DNA from: Gordius albopunctatus
Lineage: Eukaryota
DNA length: 64,000 nt
Assembly (NCBI GenBank): GCA_964276515.1
Contig: OZ193910.1
Span: 7,130,001-7,194,000, forward strand
Direction: 5' to 3'
Shown here in pieces: positions 57,184-64,000 of the stretch. Positions within the stretch are counted from its first letter, which is position 1. Each line of letters starts with the position of its first letter. A program made the translations under genes and the position numbers. The notes beneath the pieces were generated by a model. It made no database searches and had not been told where the DNA came from. It was given only the letters and a program-made list of their open reading frames with translations.

Positions 57184-58953
57184 CTCGCATAGAGCATGTT
57201 TCAAAAATTAAGCACTCACGTTGCGATACAACAAACTAATCGCAACAATATAACGTTGACTTTTCTCAAAATGATTGTTCTCGCAACTTTAAACTTCTTA
57301 TAAGGAGTCGATCGAGAATAATAGGATTCTCAAATGAGCTTACTTTTATATATTTTATCAAGCTCTTTTACATAAAATAACAAAAATTATATTTTTTTAG
57401 CTCCGAATAATTCACAATTTTTTCCTTTCAAATCATATTCATCCGATGAAAGTTGTTATTTTCAGACGTGATTTCCATGATAAAAAGTTAAAATTTATCA
57501 GAATTAGAGAACTATTACTTTGAAATCATCATCGCATAGAGAATGTTTCAAAAATTAAGCACTCACCTTGCGATACAACAAACTAATCGCAACAATATAA
57601 CGTTGACTTTTCTCAAAATGATTGTTCTCGCAACTTTAAACTTCTTATAAGGAGTCGATCGAGAATAATAGGATTCTCAAATTAGCTTATTTTTATATAT
57701 TTTTTCAAGCTCTTTTACATAAAATAACAAAAATTATATTTTTTTAGCTCCGAATAATTCACAATTTTTTCCTTTCAAATCATATTCATCCGATGAAGGT
57801 TGTTATTTTCAGACGTGATTTCCATGATAAAAAGTTAAAATTTATCAGAATTAGAGAACTATTACTTTGAAATCATCATCGCATAGAGAATGTTTCAAAA
57901 ATTAAGGACTCACGTTGCGATACAACAAACTAATCACAACAATATAACGTTGTCTTTTCTCAAAATGATTGTTCTCGCAGCTTAAAACTTCTAATAAGGA
58001 GTCGATCGAGAATAATAGGATTCTCAAATGAGCTTACTTTTATATATTTTATCAAGCTCTTTTACATAAAATAACAAAAATTATATTTTTTTAGCTCCGA
58101 ATAATTCACAATTTTTTCCTTTCAAATCATATTCATCCGATGAAAGTTGTTATTTTCAGACGTGATTTCCATGATAAAAAGTTAAAATTTATCAGAATTA
58201 GAGAACTATTACTTTGAAATCATCATCGCATAGAGCATTTTTCAAAAATTAAGGACTCACGTTGCGATACAACAAACTAATCACAACAATATAACGTTGT
58301 CTTTTCTCAAAATGATTGTTCTCGCAGCTTAAAACTTCTAATAAGGAGTCGATCGAGAATAATAGGATTCTCAAATGAGCTTACTTTTATATATTTTATC
58401 AAGCTCTTTTACATAAAATAACAAAAATTATATTTTTTTAGCTCCGAATAATTCACAATTTTTTCCTTTCAAATCATATTCATCCGATGAAAGTTGTTAT
58501 TTTCAGACGTGATTTCCATGATAAAAAGTTAAAATTTATCAGAATTAGAGAACTATTACTTTGAAATCATCATCGCATAGAGAATGTTTCAAAAATTAAG
58601 CACTCACCTTGCGATACAACAAACTAATCGCAACAATATAACGTTGACTTTTCTCAAAATGATTGTTCTCGCAACTTTAAACTTCTTATAAGGAGTCGAT
58701 CGAGAATAATAGGATTCTCAAATTAGCTTATTTTTATATATTTTATCAAGCTCTTTTATATAAAATAATAAAAAATATATTATTTAGCTCCGAATAACTC
58801 ACAATTTTTTCCATTCAACCATATTCATCCAATGAAAGTTTTATTTTCCGACCTGATTTCCATGATAAAAAGTTAAAATTTATCAGAATTAGAGAACTAT
58901 TACTTTGAAATCATCCTCGCATAGAGCATGTTTCAAAAATTAAGCACTCACGT

Positions 58954-61900
58954 TGCGATACAACAAACTAATCGCAACAATATAACGTTGACTTTTCTCA
59001 AAATGATTGTTCTCGCAACTTTAAACTTCTTATAAGGAGTCGATCGAGAATAATAGGATTCTCAAATTAGCTTATTTTTATATATTTTATCAAGCTCTTT
59101 TATATAAAATAATAAAAAATATATTATTTAGCTCCGAATAACTCACAATTTTTTCCATTCAACCATATTCATCCAATGAAAGTTTTATTTTCCGACCTGA
59201 TTTCCATGATAAAAAGTTAAAATTTATCAGAATTAGAGAACTATTACTTTGAAATCATCATCGCATAGAGCATTTTTCAAAAATTAAGGACTCACGTTGC
59301 GATACAACAAACTAATCACAACAATATAACGTTGTCTTTTCTCAAAATGATTGTTCTCGCAGCTTAAAACTTCTAATAAGGAGTCGATCGAGAATAATAG
59401 GATTCTCAAATGAGCTTACTTTTATATATTTTATCAAGCTCTTTTACATAAAATAACAAAAATTATATTTTTTTAGCTCCGAATAATTCACAATTTTTTC
59501 CTTTCAAATCATATTCATCCGATGAAAGTTGTTATTTTCAGACGTGATTTCCATGATAAAAAGTTAAAATTTATCAGAATTAGAGAACTATTACTTTGAA
59601 ATCATCATCGCATAGAGCATTTTTCAAAAATTAAGGACTCACGTTGCGATACAACAAACTAATCACAACAATATAACGTTGTCTTTTCTCAAAATGATTG
59701 TTCTCGCAGCTTAAAACTTCTAATAAGGAGTCGATCGAGAATAATAGGATTCTCAAATGAGCTTACTTTTATATATTTTATCAAGCTCTTTTACATAAAA
59801 TAACAAAAATTATATTTTTTTAGCTCCGAATAATTCACAATTTTTTCCTTTCAAATCATATTCATCCGATGAAAGTTGTTATTTTCAGACGTGATTTCCA
59901 TGATAAAAAGTTAAAATTTATCAGAATTAGAGAACTATTACTTTGAAATCATCATCGCATAGAGAATGTTTCAAAAATTAAGCACTCACCTTGCGATACA
60001 ACAAACTAATCGCAACAATATAACGTTGACTTTTCTCAAAATGATTGTTCTCGCAACTTTAAACTTCTTATAAGGAGTCGATCGAGAATAATAGGATTCT
60101 CAAATTAGCTTATTTTTATATATTTTATCAAGCTCTTTTATATAAAATAATAAAAAATATATTATTTAGCTCCGAATAACTCACAATTTTTTCCATTCAA
60201 CCATATTCATCCAATGAAAGTTTTATTTTCCGACCTGATTTCCATGATAAAAAGTTAAAATTTATCAGAATTAGAGAACTATTACTTTGAAATCATCCTC
60301 GCATAGAGCATGTTTCAAAAATTAAGCACTCACGTTGCGATACAACAAACTAATCGCAACAATATAACGTTGACTTTTCTCAAAATGATTGTTCTCGCAA
60401 CTTTAAACTTCTTATAAGGAGTCGATCGAGAATAATAGGATTCTCAAATGAGCTTACTTTTATATATTTTATCAAGCTCTTTTACATAAAATAACAAAAA
60501 TTATATTTTTTTAGCTCCGAATAATTCACAATTTTTTCCTTTCAAATCATATTCATCCGATGAAAGTTGTTATTTTCAGACGTGATTTCCATGATAAAAA
60601 GTTAAAATTTATCAGAATTAGAGAACTATTACTTTGAAATCATCATCGCATAGAGAATGTTTCAAAAATTAAGCACTCACCTTGCGATACAACAAACTAA
60701 TCGCAACAATATAACGTTGACTTTTCTCAAAATGATTGTTCTCGCAACTTTAAACTTCTTATAAGGAGTCGATCGAGAATAATAGGATTCTCAAATTAGC
60801 TTATTTTTATATATTTTTTCAAGCTCTTTTACATAAAATAACAAAAATTATATTTTTTTAGCTCCGAATAATTCACAATTTTTTCCTTTCAAATCATATT
60901 CATCCGATGAAGGTTGTTATTTTCAGACGTGATTTCCATGATAAAAAGTTAAAATTTATCAGAATTAGAGAACTATTACTTTGAAATCATCATCGCATAG
61001 AGAATGTTTCAAAAATTAAGCACTCACCTTGCGATACAACAAACTAATCGCAACAATATAACGTTGACTTTTCTCAAAATGATTGTTCTCGCAACTTTAA
61101 ACTTCTTATAAGGAGTCGATCGAGAATAATAGGATTCTCAAATGAGCTTACTTTTATATATTTTATCAAGCTCTTTTACATAAAATAACAAAAATTATAT
61201 TTTTTTAGCTCCGAATAATTCACAATTTTTTCCTTTCAAATCATATTCATCCGATGAAAGTTGTTATTTTCAGACGTGATTTCCATGATAAAAAGTTAAA
61301 ATTTATCAGAATTAGAGAACTATTACTTTGAAATCATCATCGCATAGAGAATGTTTCAAAAATTAAGCACTCACCTTGCGATACAACAAACTAATCGCAA
61401 CAATATAACGTTGACTTTTCTCAAAATGATTGTTCTCGCAACTTTAAACTTCTTATAAGGAGTCGATCGAGAATAATAGGATTCTCAAATTAGCTTATTT
61501 TTATATATTTTATCAAGCTCTTTTATATAAAATAATAAAAAATATATTATTTAGCTCCGAATAACTCACAATTTTTTCCATTCAACCATATTCATCCAAT
61601 GAAAGTTTTATTTTCCGACCTGATTTCCATGATAAAAAGTTAAAATTTATCAGAATTAGAGAACTATTACTTTGAAATCATCCTCGCATAGAGCATGTTT
61701 CAAAAATTAAGCACTCACGTTGCGATACAACAAACTAATCGCAACAATATAACGTTGACTTTTCTCAAAATGATTGTTCTCGCAACTTTAAACTTCTTAT
61801 AAGGAGTCGATCGAGAATAATAGGATTCTCAAATTAGCTTATTTTTATATATTTTATCAAGCTCTTTTATATAAAATAATAAAAAATATATTATTTAGCT

Positions 61901-64000
61901 CCGAATAACTCACAATTTTTTCCATTCAACCATATTCATCCAATGAAAGTTTTATTTTCAGACGTGATTTCCATGATAAAAAGTTAAAATTTATCAGAAT
62001 TAGAGAACTATTACTTTGAAATCATCCTCGCATAGAGCATGTTTCAAAAATTAAGCACTCACGTTGCGATACAACAAACTAATCGCAACAATATAACGTT
62101 GACTTTTCTCAAAATGATTGTTCTCGCAACTTTAAACTTCTTATAAGGAGTCGATCGAGAATAATAGGATTCTCAAATTAGCTTATTTTTATATATTTTA
62201 TCAAGCTCTTTTATATAAAATAATAAAAAATATATTATTTAGCTCCGAATAACTCACAATTTTTTCCATTCAACCATATTCATCCAATGAAAGTTTTATT
62301 TTCCGACCTGATTTCCATGATAAAAAGTTAAAATTTATCAGAATTAGAGAACTATTATTTGAAATCATCATCGCATAGAGCATGTTTCAAAAATTAAGCA
62401 ATCACTTTGCGATACAACAAACTAATCGCAACAATATAACGTTGTCTTTTCTCAAAATGATAGTTCTCGCAGCTTGAAACTTCTTATATGGAGTCGATCA
62501 AGAAAAATAGGATTCTCAAATTAGCTTACTTTTATATATTTTTTCAAGCTCTTTTACATAAAATAACAAAAAATATATTTTTTCAGGTTAAAAAAATTCA
62601 CAATTTTTTCCTTTCAAACATATTCATCCGATGAAAGTTGTTATTTTCAGACGTGATTTCCATGATAAAAAGTTAAAATTTATCAGAATTAGAGAACTAT
62701 TACTTTGAAATCATCATCGCATAGAGAATGTTTCAAAAATTAAGCACTCACCTTGCGATACAACAAACTAATCGCAACAATATAACGTTGACTTTTCTCA
62801 AAATGATTGTTCTCGCAACTTTAAACTTCTTATAAGGAGTCGATCGAGAATAATAGGATTCTCAAATTAGCTTATTTTTATATATTTTATCAAGCTCTTT
62901 TATATAAAATAATAAAAAATATATTATTTAGCTCCGAATAACTCACAATTTTTTCCATTCAACCATATTCATCCAATGAAAGTTTTATTTTCCGACCTGA
63001 TTTCCATGATAAAAAGTTAAAATTTATCAGAATTAGAGAACTATTATTTGAAATCATCATCGCATAGAGCATGTTTCAAAAATTAAGCAATCACTTTGCG
63101 ATACAACAAACTAATCGCAACAATATAACGTTGTCTTTTCTCAAAATGATAGTTCTCGCAGCTTGAAACTTCTTATATGGAGTCGATCAAGAAAAATAGG
63201 ATTCTCAAATTAGCTTACTTTTATATATTTTTTCAAGCTCTTTTACATAAAATAACAAAAAATATATTTTTTCAGGTTAAAAAAATTCACAATTTTTTCC
63301 TTTCAAACATATTCATCCGATGAAAGTTGTTATTTTCAGACGTGATTTCCATGATAAAAAGTTAAAATTTATCAGAATTAGAGAACTATTACTTTGAAAT
63401 CATCATCGCATAGAGAATGTTTCAAAAATTAAGCACTCACCTTGCGATACAACAAACTAATCGCAACAATATAACGTTGACTTTTCTCAAAATGATTGTT
63501 CTCGCAACTTTAAACTTCTTATAAGGAGTCGATCGAGAATAATAGGATTCTCAAATTAGCTTATTTTTATATATTTTTTCAAGCTCTTTTACATAAAATA
63601 ACAAAAATTATATTTTTTTAGCTCCGAATAATTCACAATTTTTTCCTTTCAAATCATATTCATCCGATGAAGGTTGTTATTTTCAGACGTGATTTCCATG
63701 ATAAAAAGTTAAAATTTATCAGAATTAGAGAACTATTACTTTGAAATCATCATCGCATAGAGAATGTTTCAAAAATTAAGCACTCACCTTGCGATACAAC
63801 AAACTAATCGCAACAATATAACGTTGACTTTTCTCAAAATGATTGTTCTCGCAACTTTAAACTTCTTATAAGGAGTCGATCGAGAATAATAGGATTCTCA
63901 AATTAGCTTATTTTTATATATTTTATCAAGCTCTTTTATATAAAATAATAAAAAATATATTATTTAGCTCCGAATAACTCACAATTTTTTCCATTCAACC
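58954..64000. repeat. Further copy of the 14-mer HOR (matches about 49963-55009, offset 8,991 bp = 26 monomers)
   Basis: ttaaaaaaatt at 62588/63277 vs 53597/54286; aattaaggac at 59282 vs 50291; the window end matches position 55009. Confidence 0.88.

Larger units (their letters stand above)
1..64000. repeat. Tandem satellite DNA array, monomer about 345 bp, about 185 copies, single orientation, running off both window ends
   Basis: The motif agctctttta[c/g/t]at recurs at 1, 347, 691, 1037 and onward to the end. The blocks gcgatacaacaaactaatcgcaacaatataac, gagtcgatcgagaa and gatttccatgataaaaagt recur about every 345 bp throughout. No non-satellite sequence seen. Confidence 0.99.

Noticed and set aside
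1..64000. CRISPR-like array of conserved and variable blocks
   Set aside because: The variable blocks are allelic versions of one sequence, not unique spacers; the period is about 345 bp; no cas genes.

Overview
The whole 64 kb window is one uninterrupted, head-to-tail array of an AT-rich satellite with a monomer of about 345 bp (first three monomers 346, 344 and 346 bp; about 185 copies; monomer 1 is about 26% GC by hand count). I see no genes, RNA genes, transposon insertions, inversions or CRISPR arrays, and the six short ORFs are chance products of monomer variants. The structure lies in how variant monomers are arranged. (1) About 1-10.5 kb is a left subfamily in 5/5/7/7/6-monomer higher-order repeats (HORs). 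(2) About 10.5-17 kb is a transition zone of local amplifications where the monomer subfamily changes. (3) About 17-47 kb is a nested hierarchy: a 19-monomer (6,568 bp) tandem duplication inside a 32-33-monomer (about 11.1-11.4 kb) super-period. (4) About 47.5-64 kb is a more homogeneous 14-monomer (4,836 bp) HOR. Each monomer has a conserved, CpG-rich, dyad-rich core and a dimorphic AT-rich segment. This organisation is typical of eukaryotic centromeric or pericentromeric satellite. I cannot identify the species or satellite family, and I found no evidence of a novel protein-coding system. All offsets were obtained by manually tracking rare variants, so boundaries are approximate.
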